A stretch of DNA of 34,336 nt from Candidatus Planktophila sp. (GCA_044232665.1 JBIILL010000001.1:1-34336); one strand, 5' to 3'. Shown: positions 17,507-26,908, counted from the stretch's first letter. Notes: generated from the letters alone by a model not told the origin. Made by a program: numbers and translations.

Positions 17507-18974
17507 CAGTTGATTTTCTCTTTCTGTTAGCTAGGTCAATTGCATACTCTTGGGCAGCTAAAAACTCATTAAATTTCTTATTAGAGTACATCAGATCATT
17601 TGAATTTGGTTGACTCACCAAGGGTTTAAAACTCAAGGCTTCAGATGAAAGCGCAAAATCCTTGGTAATTACGGCATGTGCCAACATGGCCGAACCTCTG
17701 GTGGTTGTGTCAACATCCTCAAACCTTTCTAATGTTCGGCTAAGGGTTCTATGTCGAATCTTCTCCCACCGATTGTCATTTCCTGCATGACCGCCTAAAA
17801 GAATTGATGGCTGGCGAACCTCGTTTAATGTCTCTGCTAACTCTGCAACCTGCCTTTCGGCAAATGAAATACCTTCCATGACCGCCAGTGCCATATGTGA
17901 TTTTTTGCATTGAGTTGTGACACCATAAAATCCCGCTTGCACATCTGGTCGCCAGAGTGGTGCTCGCTCACCATTTATATAAGGAAGATAAATTGGTATC
18001 TCTATGTCAGATGCATCCATCGCCAAATCAATTAACTCATTGGCCTCTATCTCAAATAACTCTGAAGCCCAAGCAATGGAGGATCCGCTTGACTGTGTAG
18101 GGCCATAGGTCACAGCAAGCGGTGCGCATGTGTCAGGGATGATGTAGAGGCCTCCCCCATCATCTGGTGGCGTCACCGAAGATGAACCAACGATTGCTGA
18201 TGTACCAGTTATTACAAAGGTTGCAGGCTTACTAAAAACTCCCATGGCTGCCATTCCGCACATTGCATCTGACCAACCAACAGACACTTCTGTTCCTACG
18301 GAGAAGCCAAAACTCTCTGAAGCCTGCTGTGTGATAGTTCCACGACTTTGGAAACCATCATGTAGTTCTGGAACTACATCATCACTCCATCCGGTGTAGC
18401 TAAGAACTTCAGTAATTGGTTTTCTGGTTAGAACATTACACAAACCTTTACTAGACCATGGATCAGATATTGCTTTCCCAGTTAAGTGAAAGCCAACAAA
18501 GTCCTTAGGCTGGAAAATCCATTTAGTTTTGGCCACTGTCTGTTTTTCATTGCGAGACAGCCATAGTAATTTTGCTGGACATGCACTAGCTGACCAGGGC
18601 AATGATGTTCCAATTACCGGAAGTGGGTTTCCAAATCTTTTTTCTAGCTCTATCGCTTCTGTAGTGGCCCGATTATCTTGCCAAATGAGAACCGGCCGGA
18701 CGGGTTGACCATCTTTATCCGCACACACAACAGAAGGTGTTTGTCCAGACAGCCCAATAGATACGACTCGTGAGATTAGATCAGAGTTCTTACTTGAGAT
18801 ATCTTGTAGGGCAACCAAATAATCCAGCGCGTTCTGCTCTGCATGAGTACCCAGTGAGTGCTTAGTCTCTATTTTTGACTCAACTCTTTTAAGAATACTG
18901 CCTTCAAAATCTATGAAGATTCCTTTTATGGACGAGGTACCAAAATCTAAGCCAAGAATTAATTCTTTAGCCAA
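17496..18974 (-). CDS. FGGY-family carbohydrate kinase (xylulokinase-like)
   Basis: LGLDFGTSSIK, SGQ, WQDNR, KLLWL, PKDF, LPYINGERAP, AVMEG. Confidence 0.9.
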   Translation of the reverse strand: MAKELILGLDFGTSSIKGIFIDFEGSILKRVESKIETKHSLGTHAEQNALDYLVALQDISSKNSDLISRVVSIGLSGQTPSVVCADKDGQPVRPVLIWQDNRATTEAIELEKRFGNPLPVIGTSLPWSASACPAKLLWLSRNEKQTVAKTKWIFQPKDFVGFHLTGKAISDPWSSKGLCNVLTRKPITEVLSYTGWSDDVVPELHDGFQSRGTITQQASESFGFSVGTEVSVGWSDAMCGMAAMGVFSKPATFVITGTSAIVGSSSVTPPDDGGGLYIIPDTCAPLAVTYGPTQSSGSSIAWASELFEIEANELIDLAMDASDIEIPIYLPYINGERAPLWRPDVQAGFYGVTTQCKKSHMALAVMEGISFAERQVAELAETLNEVRQPSILLGGHAGNDNRWEKIRHRTLSRTLERFEDVDTTTRGSAMLAHAVITKDFALSSEALSFKPLVSQPNSNDLMYSNKKFNEFLAAQEYAIDLANRKRKSTDEK

Positions 18975-20175
18975 CTTTGCTCCAACGAACTACCGCATCT
19001 GCGCGCTTATTGATGCCTGGTTGTAGTTGTGTACCCAATCCAGGAGCCGATGGTGGCGTTAAGTAACCATTTTCATAGTGCGGCAGCACAGTGACCATCT
19101 CTTGATACCAGCCGTAGTAAAAGGCTCGGACCATTTCTTGAAGTTCAATGTTGGGATAAGTCACGCCAAGATGGGTTCCAACTGTAAGTACAACCGGGCC
19201 AGTGCAATCATGAGGTGCAACAGGTACTCCGTAAGTACTTGCTAAACCAATTACCTGTCGTGCTTCTGTAATGCCGCCAACCCACCCCGGATCAATCATT
19301 AAATGATCAATTGCATTGGATTTCAATAAACGATGATGATCCCATCTGGTGCCTGTGGTCTCACCTGTTGTTAACGGTGAGTTAATTGATTGCTTAAATC
19401 TAACTAGCGCATCCGTGCTTTCATGTCTAAATGGATCTTCGATCCAAAATGGAGAAAATTCTTCAACGGCATGGGCGATAGTGGTTGCAGCTGGTACAGA
19501 CCACAGTGAGTGCATCTCGAGCATGATGTCGAAATCACTTCCTGCTGCCACTCGTGCACGACGAAAGATGTCTACACCCTCATGCAAATCTTTTCCCATG
19601 ATCGTTTGCCCACCAGCGCGAATCGCAGCTTCATCGAAGGGCCACATTTTCATGGCGGTAAAACCCATTTCTTTTAAACCATGCACCAATTCTTCTGGCT
19701 TGTTTAAAAACGCAAATAGATCTTCATACTCACCATCTGTAACAACACCTAGCTGTGATGTACGCTTGCGATCGATATTTGATGATCCTTTTGCATAGCC
19801 AGTTCCAGCACAGGTGTTATACGCTCTGATTTTTTCGCGAACTTTGCCACCTAACAGTTGGTAAATAGGTTTTCCTACTGCTTGTCCAAAAATATCCCAT
19901 AGCGCGATGTCTATGGAAGATGTTGCTCTTACGGCGATACTAGATCCCGAATAGCCGATGAAGTCTTGGTGCAATGTTTCATGTAGCGCATTTATTTCTA
20001 GCGGGTCCTTACCCAAGATTCGTGGAGCGATGCTCTCGTGAATGAAGGTTTCAACCGATTCAACGCCTACGCAGTTCTCTCCCAAACCAATGATTCCCTC
20101 ATCGGTATGAACCTGAAGAAAGAGAATGCTCGGATACTCATTGAGTCGGATAGTTTCCAGTCCTACAACCTTCAT
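18967..20175 (-). CDS. Mandelate racemase-subgroup enolase-superfamily enzyme (acid-sugar dehydratase-like)
   Basis: TDEGIIGLGE, DIALWDIFG, YQLLGG, MKMWPFD, MLEMH, WIEDP, GE, PHDC. Confidence 0.9.
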   Translation of the reverse strand: MKVVGLETIRLNEYPSILFLQVHTDEGIIGLGENCVGVESVETFIHESIAPRILGKDPLEINALHETLHQDFIGYSGSSIAVRATSSIDIALWDIFGQAVGKPIYQLLGGKVREKIRAYNTCAGTGYAKGSSNIDRKRTSQLGVVTDGEYEDLFAFLNKPEELVHGLKEMGFTAMKMWPFDEAAIRAGGQTIMGKDLHEGVDIFRRARVAAGSDFDIMLEMHSLWSVPAATTIAHAVEEFSPFWIEDPFRHESTDALVRFKQSINSPLTTGETTGTRWDHHRLLKSNAIDHLMIDPGWVGGITEARQVIGLASTYGVPVAPHDCTGPVVLTVGTHLGVTYPNIELQEMVRAFYYGWYQEMVTVLPHYENGYLTPPSAPGLGTQLQPGINKRADAVVRWSKVG

Positions 20176-20227
20176 TACCTTCTCCGCTCAATTCATTGAT
20201 TTATGCCCAAGACAGCGTTACTCTGCA

Positions 20228-20244
20228 TTGTCTATTGTTAACGA
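20228..20244. promoter_or_regulatory. Cluster operator copy (TTGTCTATTGTTAACGA) in a divergent promoter region
   Basis: Lies between the divergent dehydratase and Ldh_2 genes and overlaps the -10 of a minus-strand TTGACC-N17-AACAAT. Confidence 0.5.
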
Positions 20245-20274
20245 TTTTAGCAGCGTGGTCAAGGGGTAAAACAG

Positions 20275-21282
20275 ATGTCTATTGATGTATCTACAACGCT
20301 CATCTCGCGAGAAGAACTTTTGTCCTTATCTACCGAGATTTTGATGAAGTGGAAAACTCCTGAGATTTTTGCGCGATCAATTTCTGAGTCACTCGTGCAG
20401 GCCCAAGAGGCCGGACATGCATCACACGGTGTAATCCGTTTACCTGAATACACCGCTGCCATTGATAAAAAAGTGATTATCCCTGATAGCCATCCAACAA
20501 TAAAGTCAGAATTTAGTGCAACGGTTGTCATAGATGCCCAATGGGGCTGGGGACAAATTGCAAGCAAACTCGCAGTTGAGATTGCAGCAAAAAAAGCACA
20601 AGAGTTTGGAGTGTGTGTTGTTTCGATAGCAAATTGCAATCACATAGGAAGAGTCGGCGAATACTCAGAACTACTTGCCCAACAGAATTTAGTGTCAATA
20701 ATTTGGTGTAACGCAGATCCAGCAGTAGCTGCATTCGGTGGCAAGGATCGCCTACTTGGCACAAATCCCTTTGCCGCCGGGATACCTTCAAATGGAGACC
20801 CAGTCATCATTGATTTTGCAACCGCAGCGAGTGCGGAAGGAAAAATTAGAGTTGCAAGAGCCAACGGAGTTTTACTTCCACCTGGAATGATTATTGATAA
20901 AAATGGAGTCGAGAGTAATGACCCGAATGATTTTTACGATGGTGGAGCAATTCTCCCATTTGGTGGACACAAGGGGTACTGCCTTAGCTTGATGATTGAG
21001 TTGCTCGGCGGAGGCTTATCTGGAAATCATCCATCAATGAACTCTTCGTACTCACACGGTAACGGAACAGTTATGGTCGTAATTGATCCAGATAAATTCT
21101 TTGGGACAGCTGCGTTCAAGGATGAAATCTCCGAGGCAATAAAAGCTGTTAGAGCAACCCCTGCGATAAAGGCGCAAAACCCTGTTTTAGTCCCTGGAGA
21201 TGTTGAAAATCAATACCGACAAAAAAATAGCCCAAAAATAGAGATCTCAAGATCAATTCTTGACTCTATTAAAGCCTTATAG
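20275..21282 (+). CDS. Ldh_2-family (type II malate/L-lactate/sulfolactate/diketogulonate) NAD(P)-dependent oxidoreductase
   Basis: GHASHG, NHIGR, GTNP, DFAT, PFGGHKG, VPGD. Confidence 0.9.
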   Translation: MSIDVSTTLISREELLSLSTEILMKWKTPEIFARSISESLVQAQEAGHASHGVIRLPEYTAAIDKKVIIPDSHPTIKSEFSATVVIDAQWGWGQIASKLAVEIAAKKAQEFGVCVVSIANCNHIGRVGEYSELLAQQNLVSIIWCNADPAVAAFGGKDRLLGTNPFAAGIPSNGDPVIIDFATAASAEGKIRVARANGVLLPPGMIIDKNGVESNDPNDFYDGGAILPFGGHKGYCLSLMIELLGGGLSGNHPSMNSSYSHGNGTVMVVIDPDKFFGTAAFKDEISEAIKAVRATPAIKAQNPVLVPGDVENQYRQKNSPKIEISRSILDSIKAL

Positions 21283-21290
21283 AAAGCGAA

Positions 21291-22019
21291 TTATCGCTTC
21301 TTCTTTGGCACATTTACCGATGGTGACTCCTTGAAATGTTTTGCCACACGCTTTGCGCCACGCTCAACATGTTCATGAATTACAGCTTTAGCCTTCGTCA
21401 CTTGTTTGGCTCGGATTATTTCCAAAAGTTCTGAGTGATCTGGTCCCCACTGTGGGAGAAATTCTTTATTAACTTTGTCATCTTGTGACCAGGTGTAAAC
21501 CAGAAACGCGTGAATCTGTGAACGGAGGCTTTCCCACGCTTTATACAAACGATCGTTGTGGGCTGCAGCGAAGAGTGCGCTGTGGAAATCAAGGTCAGTC
21601 TTACTTACCTCTTTTGGAGTGCGCTGCTTGTCTGTAAGCTTTGAGTATCTAGTCAATACTTCATCCATTGCCGCAAGATCTGCAACTGTGGCGTTCTTGC
21701 AGGCCCACTCAATTGCAAGACCTTCTAAAGCACTTCTCACAGAATAAATCTCATCAATATCTTGTTCAGACCATGATGCAACACGAGCACCGCGGTGTCG
21801 CTCAAGTGAAATTAATCCTTCTCGTTCAAGGCGTGCAAGGGCTTCGCGAATAGGACCACGTGAAACACCCATCTGGGCTGCAAGTTCATCTTCGGAAATG
21901 CGGCGACCTGGTTCTAATTCGTGATCAACAATTGCTTGGCGAAGATCATCTGTCACAACATCTGAAAGAACTCGGCGTGAGGCTATTCCTAAACCCAATG
22001 GCTTAATTGTGTTTGGCAT
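21291..22019 (-). CDS. GntR-family regulator, FadR subfamily (wHTH + FCD)
   Basis: PGRRISEDELAAQMGVSRGPIREAL HTH; FCD with DLDFH, DH and HEH putative metal ligands. The likely start is the ATG at 22019 after SD GAAGGAG. Confidence 0.92.
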   Translation of the reverse strand: MPNTIKPLGLGIASRRVLSDVVTDDLRQAIVDHELEPGRRISEDELAAQMGVSRGPIREALARLEREGLISLERHRGARVASWSEQDIDEIYSVRSALEGLAIEWACKNATVADLAAMDEVLTRYSKLTDKQRTPKEVSKTDLDFHSALFAAAHNDRLYKAWESLRSQIHAFLVYTWSQDDKVNKEFLPQWGPDHSELLEIIRAKQVTKAKAVIHEHVERGAKRVAKHFKESPSVNVPKKKR

Positions 22020-22033
22020 GTGAACTCCTTCAG

Positions 22034-22055
22034 ATTGTTGTTTGTAAACAACAAT
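22034..22055. promoter_or_regulatory. Perfect palindrome overlapping the gntR promoter (putative autoregulatory operator)
   Basis: ATTGTTGTTT-GT-AAACAACAAT overlaps the -10 of a minus-strand TTGCCG-N17-TATTGT and contains a TGTAAAC heptad. Confidence 0.6.
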
Positions 22056-22109
22056 AGACCGATCACCACCTATCGGCAATTTGAAATGGGTTGAACAGTT
22101 TTGTGTCTT

Positions 22110-22922
22110 TTAATACTCCCCGAGCGTTCCACCCGCGTTATAGGCCAGATTGCCGCCATCAACGGGCAAAATCGTGCCTGTAATCATGGCTGCAGCATCA
22201 CTAGCCAAGAAATGAACCGCATGTGCGATGTCCTCAGGCTCTGCCACTCGGCCCAATGGGATTCCACGAAGCAGAAGGGTTGTTAGTGCCTTGGCAGCCT
22301 CTCCTTCAGTTTCAACCCACTTGCGCCAGCCAGGGGTGTTTACAGAACACGGCTGAATCGCATTGACTCGAATTTTGGACTTTGCCCATTCGATCGCTAA
22401 TTCGCGAGTGAATTGATTAACTCCACCTTTTGCAGTGCTGTACGCAAAATTTCCACGACCAATAGCTGAGCTTCCAGCAATTGAACTAATGTTCACAACC
22501 GCAGCCGGCTTCTTTGCTGCCAATACTAACTTGGCGAATTCACGTGCATTTAAGAAATATCCAGTCAGCGATGTACCAATTACGCGATTCCATTCTTCCA
22601 GTGAAGTGTTTTGAGGAGGCGTGTGGATTCCTTGAGCTGCGTTGTTTACCAAAACATCTGGTGCACCATACTCCTTAGAAACATACTTGAATAGAGCAAT
22701 CACTTCGGACTCGATACTTGTATTACCTACAAATGTTCCGCACTTGATGCCAAGAGAATCTAACTCAGTCTTCGAACGCTCAAGACCACTCTTATCAATA
22801 TCCGAAAGAATAATAGTTGCACCACTGCCACCTAGTTGTCTGCAGACCGCCATTCCAATACCACCAGCAGCGCCCGTTACAACAACTACCTTGCCAGTTA
22901 AATCAAAAATCTTTGCAGACAT
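22110..22922 (-). CDS. SDR oxidoreductase
   Basis: TGAAGGIG, NNAA, SSIAG, YSTAK, PVDGG. Confidence 0.9.
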   Translation of the reverse strand: MSAKIFDLTGKVVVVTGAAGGIGMAVCRQLGGSGATIILSDIDKSGLERSKTELDSLGIKCGTFVGNTSIESEVIALFKYVSKEYGAPDVLVNNAAQGIHTPPQNTSLEEWNRVIGTSLTGYFLNAREFAKLVLAAKKPAAVVNISSIAGSSAIGRGNFAYSTAKGGVNQFTRELAIEWAKSKIRVNAIQPCSVNTPGWRKWVETEGEAAKALTTLLLRGIPLGRVAEPEDIAHAVHFLASDAAAMITGTILPVDGGNLAYNAGGTLGEY

Positions 22923-22935
22923 CTCTTACTCCCTT

Positions 22936-23931
22936 TTAGTATTTCATGACTTTCTTAATAGCAGCTGAAATTGAATCCACTGATGGAATTGCAGCTTCTG
23001 CCATCGCTGGATTTGCACTAAGAGGAGCACGAATAGCGCCAACGCGCACGATTGGACCCTTAAGTGATCCGAAATTTGCCTCAGTTGCTGTTGCAGCAAT
23101 TTCTGCCGTAATAGAACCGAACAAAGGAGCTTCATCCACAACAACAACGCGTCCAAACTTCTGAACCGCTGCATTAATGGCATCTGTGTCTAGTGGGAAA
23201 AGGGTACGTAAATCAATGACTTCAACTGATATTCCCTCTGCTTCTAAGGCTTGTGCTGCCTTATTGGCGGTTACAACGGAGTATCCATAAGAAATAATGA
23301 CAGCATCTTTGCCTGACTTGATTGTTGCTGCCTTACCAAATGGGACGAAGTAATCATCGCCCTTAATCTCACCACGAATACCTGACAGCTTCTTATGCAT
23401 CAAGAAGATAACAGGATCTTCATTGCGCAGGGCGGTCTTAATTAAGCCCTTAACATCCATCGGCGTTGAAGGGACCGCTAGTGAAAGTCCAGCGGTGTGG
23501 GCAAAAAATGATTCAAGTGAATTACAGTGATGCGCCCCACCAAGTGCCACGCCCGAAGTCGCACGAATAACCAGTGGAACCGGCTTATTAAACATAAATC
23601 TAATTTTGGCTGCTTGATTGATGATTTCATCCATTGCGCCAAGTGAAAAATCAATGAAGTTAAGATCGATGATTGGATGGCAGCCATACATTGCCGAACC
23701 CATACCTGCTGCAATCATCGCCGCTTCTGAAATTGGTGAGTCCTTAACTCGATCAAAACCAAATTCCTGTGCAATACCTTTAACTTGGGCAAAGTGTCCA
23801 CCACGCTCTTGAAGATCTGTGCCTAAAATGAAGATTCCTTTATTTCGGGTCATCTCTTCGCGTACGCCAGATTGAAACGCCTCTGAGTATGTTGGTGTTA
23901 CGTTAGCTTTTACTGTTGTATCAGTACTCAT
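22936..23931 (-). CDS. TPP-dependent 2-oxoacid/acetoin dehydrogenase E1 beta subunit
   Basis: DSPISEAA, DEIINQAAK, PLVIR, EVIDLRTL.PLD, VVVDE. Confidence 0.92.
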   Translation of the reverse strand: MSTDTTVKANVTPTYSEAFQSGVREEMTRNKGIFILGTDLQERGGHFAQVKGIAQEFGFDRVKDSPISEAAMIAAGMGSAMYGCHPIIDLNFIDFSLGAMDEIINQAAKIRFMFNKPVPLVIRATSGVALGGAHHCNSLESFFAHTAGLSLAVPSTPMDVKGLIKTALRNEDPVIFLMHKKLSGIRGEIKGDDYFVPFGKAATIKSGKDAVIISYGYSVVTANKAAQALEAEGISVEVIDLRTLFPLDTDAINAAVQKFGRVVVVDEAPLFGSITAEIAATATEANFGSLKGPIVRVGAIRAPLSANPAMAEAAIPSVDSISAAIKKVMKY

Positions 23932-24914
23932 AACTGAATCCCTAACTTTCCAGAATCTACGCCTTGGGTGATTGTTGAAATATCTGGTTCTGGTGATGAC
24001 TCAGCAAAGGCAACGGCTTCTTCAATCTCTTTCTTAACCGATGCGCGCATATCATCAATTTCTGCTTGTGTTGCAAATTTTCTGTCAAGGACGACTCCAG
24101 TGAAGTAATCAATAGGATCTTTAGAGGTTCTCCACTCCGCAATCTCTTCTTGAGTTCGGTATTGGCCCTTTTCTCCCACGTTATGACCGTAATAACGGTA
24201 TGTAACAGCGTTAATAAAGGTCGGCCCCTCGCCAGCTAGCGCTCTCTCCCTAGCCTCAGATGTGTATTTGATAACCTCTTCCACATCCTGACCATTGATG
24301 TTAAAACTTGGAAGGCCAAATCCGGCAGCGCGCTTAGCTAAATCTCCGCCGCCTGTAACACGACCAACAAATGTTTCAACTGCATATTGGTTGTTGTCAC
24401 AGATAATGATGAATGGCAACTTATAGATAACTGCCATATTGACAGATTCCCAAGTTCGCCCTGTATTCATTCCTCCGTCGCCAACAAAACCAACGGCAAC
24501 CTTTTTGTGCTTTAGGGTTTGAATTCCTAACGCTGCGCCCATAGCAATACCAACGCCTGCACCCACAATTCCGTTTCCACCGAAGTGTCCACGTTCAACT
24601 CCTGCTAGGTGCATTGATCCACCACGACCACCTGATACTCCTGTTGCTTTGGAGAAAAGTTCTGCCATTACAGACTTGGAAGTAAATCCCTTTGCCAAAG
24701 TGTGGTGGTGTGATCGGTGAGTAGTAGCAATGACATCATCTGGGGCAAGTGCTGATAGCACGCCCACTGCAACAGCTTCTTGGCCAGATGAGTTGTGCAT
24801 TCCACCCGGAACCTTTCCGCGAAGGCATAATTTGTCCGCGCTCTCTTCAAAATCTCGGATTACCATCATTTGGCGGAGAGCCGCTAAAGACTTCTCCTTA
24901 TTCAATGCACTCAT
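23928..24914 (-). CDS. TPP-dependent 2-oxoacid/acetoin dehydrogenase E1 alpha subunit
   Basis: GQEA, THRSH, GRGGSMH, TPP motif GDG...DNN, TYRYYGH, DPI. Confidence 0.93.
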   Translation of the reverse strand: MSALNKEKSLAALRQMMVIRDFEESADKLCLRGKVPGGMHNSSGQEAVAVGVLSALAPDDVIATTHRSHHHTLAKGFTSKSVMAELFSKATGVSGGRGGSMHLAGVERGHFGGNGIVGAGVGIAMGAALGIQTLKHKKVAVGFVGDGGMNTGRTWESVNMAVIYKLPFIIICDNNQYAVETFVGRVTGGGDLAKRAAGFGLPSFNINGQDVEEVIKYTSEARERALAGEGPTFINAVTYRYYGHNVGEKGQYRTQEEIAEWRTSKDPIDYFTGVVLDRKFATQAEIDDMRASVKKEIEEAVAFAESSPEPDISTITQGVDSGKLGIQL

Positions 24915-25163
24915 CTACTCAACCTCTCCTGGTGCAAGTACTACGGCAATAGTGTTTCCAGCTGGAACTTCATCGTTTGGCTGGTATTTGTGTTTTCCTA
25001 AGGTCCCAGAAGTTTCGGCAGTCAATTCCAATGTTGTCTTGTCGGTTTCAATAACCGCAACTGCTTCTCCAGCATTTACTTGATCACCTGGTTGTTTAGT
25101 CCATTCAAGTAAAATGGCATTGTCCATAGCCATTCCAAGTGCTGGTACAAATATCTCTTCCAT
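24915..25163 (-). CDS. Stand-alone lipoyl carrier domain (82 aa)
   Basis: PALGMAM, W.KQPGD.V, IETDK lipoyl-lysine motif. Has its own SD (GAGG), and its stop abuts the E1 alpha ATG. Confidence 0.88.
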   Translation of the reverse strand: MEEIFVPALGMAMDNAILLEWTKQPGDQVNAGEAVAVIETDKTTLELTAETSGTLGKHKYQPNDEVPAGNTIAVVLAPGEVE

Positions 25164-25189
25164 TAATTTCCTCTTCGTTTTCTCTTGAT

Positions 25190-26155
25190 TTAGAATGGAC
25201 CAACTGCAAAATTGCCGTTATTAATCTTTCCTGAAGCTATTAAATTGTATGCATCTTCAAATCCCCACTGGAATAGCCGCGGGCCCGCACTTTGTGAATA
25301 CCAAGCAATATGTGGCGTAACGATCAAGTTTTTCGTATGACGAAGAATTGAATCTTCAGCTAGTGGCTCTTTCTCATAGACATCCAAGCCCGCGCCATCT
25401 AGGTGACCTGACTCAAGGGCCTTAACAAGTGCAGCTTCATCAATTAGACCACCTCTGGAAACATTGACCAGAATTGATCCTTTTTGCATTTTTGCTAACT
25501 CTTTTTCACCAATCATATGGTGAGTAGAAGGCATGTATGGGGCGTGCATGCTGATTACTTTGCACTGTGTTAACAAATCATCGAGATTGGAAACCATGCG
25601 CACACCTTCAATCGGCGATGTAACACCGGGGTCATAACCAATAACCTCTTTCACAAATGGACGCATTTTCTCAATAAAGTTTCTACCGATTCTTCCGCAA
25701 CCGATAACACCTAATGAAGAATCTTGAAGTGAAATAATCTCTGCAGTTTTAGGAGCAGGAATCCATTGACCCGCTTGGGTTGACTTGTTTGCCTGAAACA
25801 GACCACGGTGAAGTGCCATGATCATGGAAATGGCATGGTTTGCAACTTCGTTATAGGCATATGTTGGTTGGAATATCACGGGCATGTGATGAGCTTTCGC
25901 AGCCACTAAATCAATGCTGTCTAAACCAACACCCAATCGACTTACGCACTTAACAGATTTAGGCATCTTCTCAAATTTTTCTGCATCTAATCTGTGTAGT
26001 GCTACTAGCACCGCTTGGCAGCCAGTTGTTGTGTCTATAAACTGCTCAAGGGTTTCGAGCGGGCCAACTTTGATTGAAAAACCAAGTTTTTCAGCCACCG
26101 GTAAAGCCCAAGTGGTGTCAATACCCTCGGCTACGGCCATGACGATCTCGCTCAT
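25190..26155 (-). CDS. D-isomer-specific 2-hydroxyacid dehydrogenase (CtBP/SerA-like)
   Basis: GVGLDSID, GCGRIG, NVSRG, DVYEKEP, TPHIAWYS. Confidence 0.92.
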   Translation of the reverse strand: MSEIVMAVAEGIDTTWALPVAEKLGFSIKVGPLETLEQFIDTTTGCQAVLVALHRLDAEKFEKMPKSVKCVSRLGVGLDSIDLVAAKAHHMPVIFQPTYAYNEVANHAISMIMALHRGLFQANKSTQAGQWIPAPKTAEIISLQDSSLGVIGCGRIGRNFIEKMRPFVKEVIGYDPGVTSPIEGVRMVSNLDDLLTQCKVISMHAPYMPSTHHMIGEKELAKMQKGSILVNVSRGGLIDEAALVKALESGHLDGAGLDVYEKEPLAEDSILRHTKNLIVTPHIAWYSQSAGPRLFQWGFEDAYNLIASGKINNGNFAVGPF

Positions 26156-26176
26156 TTAACCCTCCCCCTGCGTGTG

Positions 26177-26193
26177 GGGTTTACTGTATACAA
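26177..26193. promoter_or_regulatory. Cluster operator copy (GGGTTTACTGTATACAA) in a divergent promoter region
   Basis: Overlaps the -35 of a plus-strand TATACA-N17-TAGTCT promoter and lies in the leader of the divergent E1 operon. Confidence 0.6.
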
Positions 26194-26252
26194 TTTAATG
26201 GCTCGGGGGTAGTCTTACCGCAATCTAATTTTGAGCCTAGAAAGGTACCCCC

Positions 26253-26906
26253 ATGAAGCTGCCACTCCCAATGCCTGGAAAGGTAATCGCTGTCGGTCTG
26301 AACTATAAAGACCATGCCGCAGAGGCAAACGTCCCACTTCCAGAAGTTCCTGTCCTGTTTACAAAATGGACAACATCTCTAATTGCCCACGATGACAACA
26401 TTGTGATCCCAGCCGGTGTTACCCAGACTGACTGGGAAGCAGAGTTTGCGGTAGTAATTGGGAAGAGAGCTGTTCGGGTCTCAGAGGCCGATGCCCTGAA
26501 TTATGTTTCTGGATATACCTGCATGAACGATGTGACTGACAGAGAAGCACAGGGCAAAGATGGCCAATGGGTGCGAAGTAAGTCATACGACACCTTTGGT
26601 CCTATTGGTCCCCGAATTGTTCCGGCTAGTGAAATCGGTGATCCCCATAATTTAAAGATTGAAGCCCGCCTCAATGGAAAGACTGTTCAATCCAGTAATA
26701 CCTCTAATCTCATTTTTAGTATCCCTTTCTTGATTTCTTATATTTCAGCCCGTATCACCTTGGAAGCCGGCGATGTAATTACTACCGGAACACCTCACGG
26801 AGTAGGTGCTTTTTCTAAGCCACCTATGTTCATGAAAGCTGGGGATGTAATTGAAGTCGAGATCGAAAAGATCGGAATTCTCAGAAACAAAGTTATTGGG
26901 GCGTAG
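26253..26906 (+). CDS. Fumarylacetoacetate-hydrolase (FAH) family protein
   Basis: GLNYKDH, DWEAE, NDVTDR, KSYDTF, TGTP.GVG. Confidence 0.93.
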   Translation: MKLPLPMPGKVIAVGLNYKDHAAEANVPLPEVPVLFTKWTTSLIAHDDNIVIPAGVTQTDWEAEFAVVIGKRAVRVSEADALNYVSGYTCMNDVTDREAQGKDGQWVRSKSYDTFGPIGPRIVPASEIGDPHNLKIEARLNGKTVQSSNTSNLIFSIPFLISYISARITLEAGDVITTGTPHGVGAFSKPPMFMKAGDVIEVEIEKIGILRNKVIGA

Positions 26907-26908
26907 TT

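Noticed and set aside
22020-22079. 20-aa N-terminal extension of GntR
   Set aside because: The region contains the SD, palindrome and promoter boxes, so the ATG at 22019 is preferred.
22936-25163. Calling the E1 genes pdhAB/acoAB and the lipoyl ORF a truncated pdhC pseudogene
   Set aside because: The lipoyl ORF has a clean SD, and its stop abuts the E1 alpha start with no E2 remnants. The substrate is unsupported, so no symbols were given.
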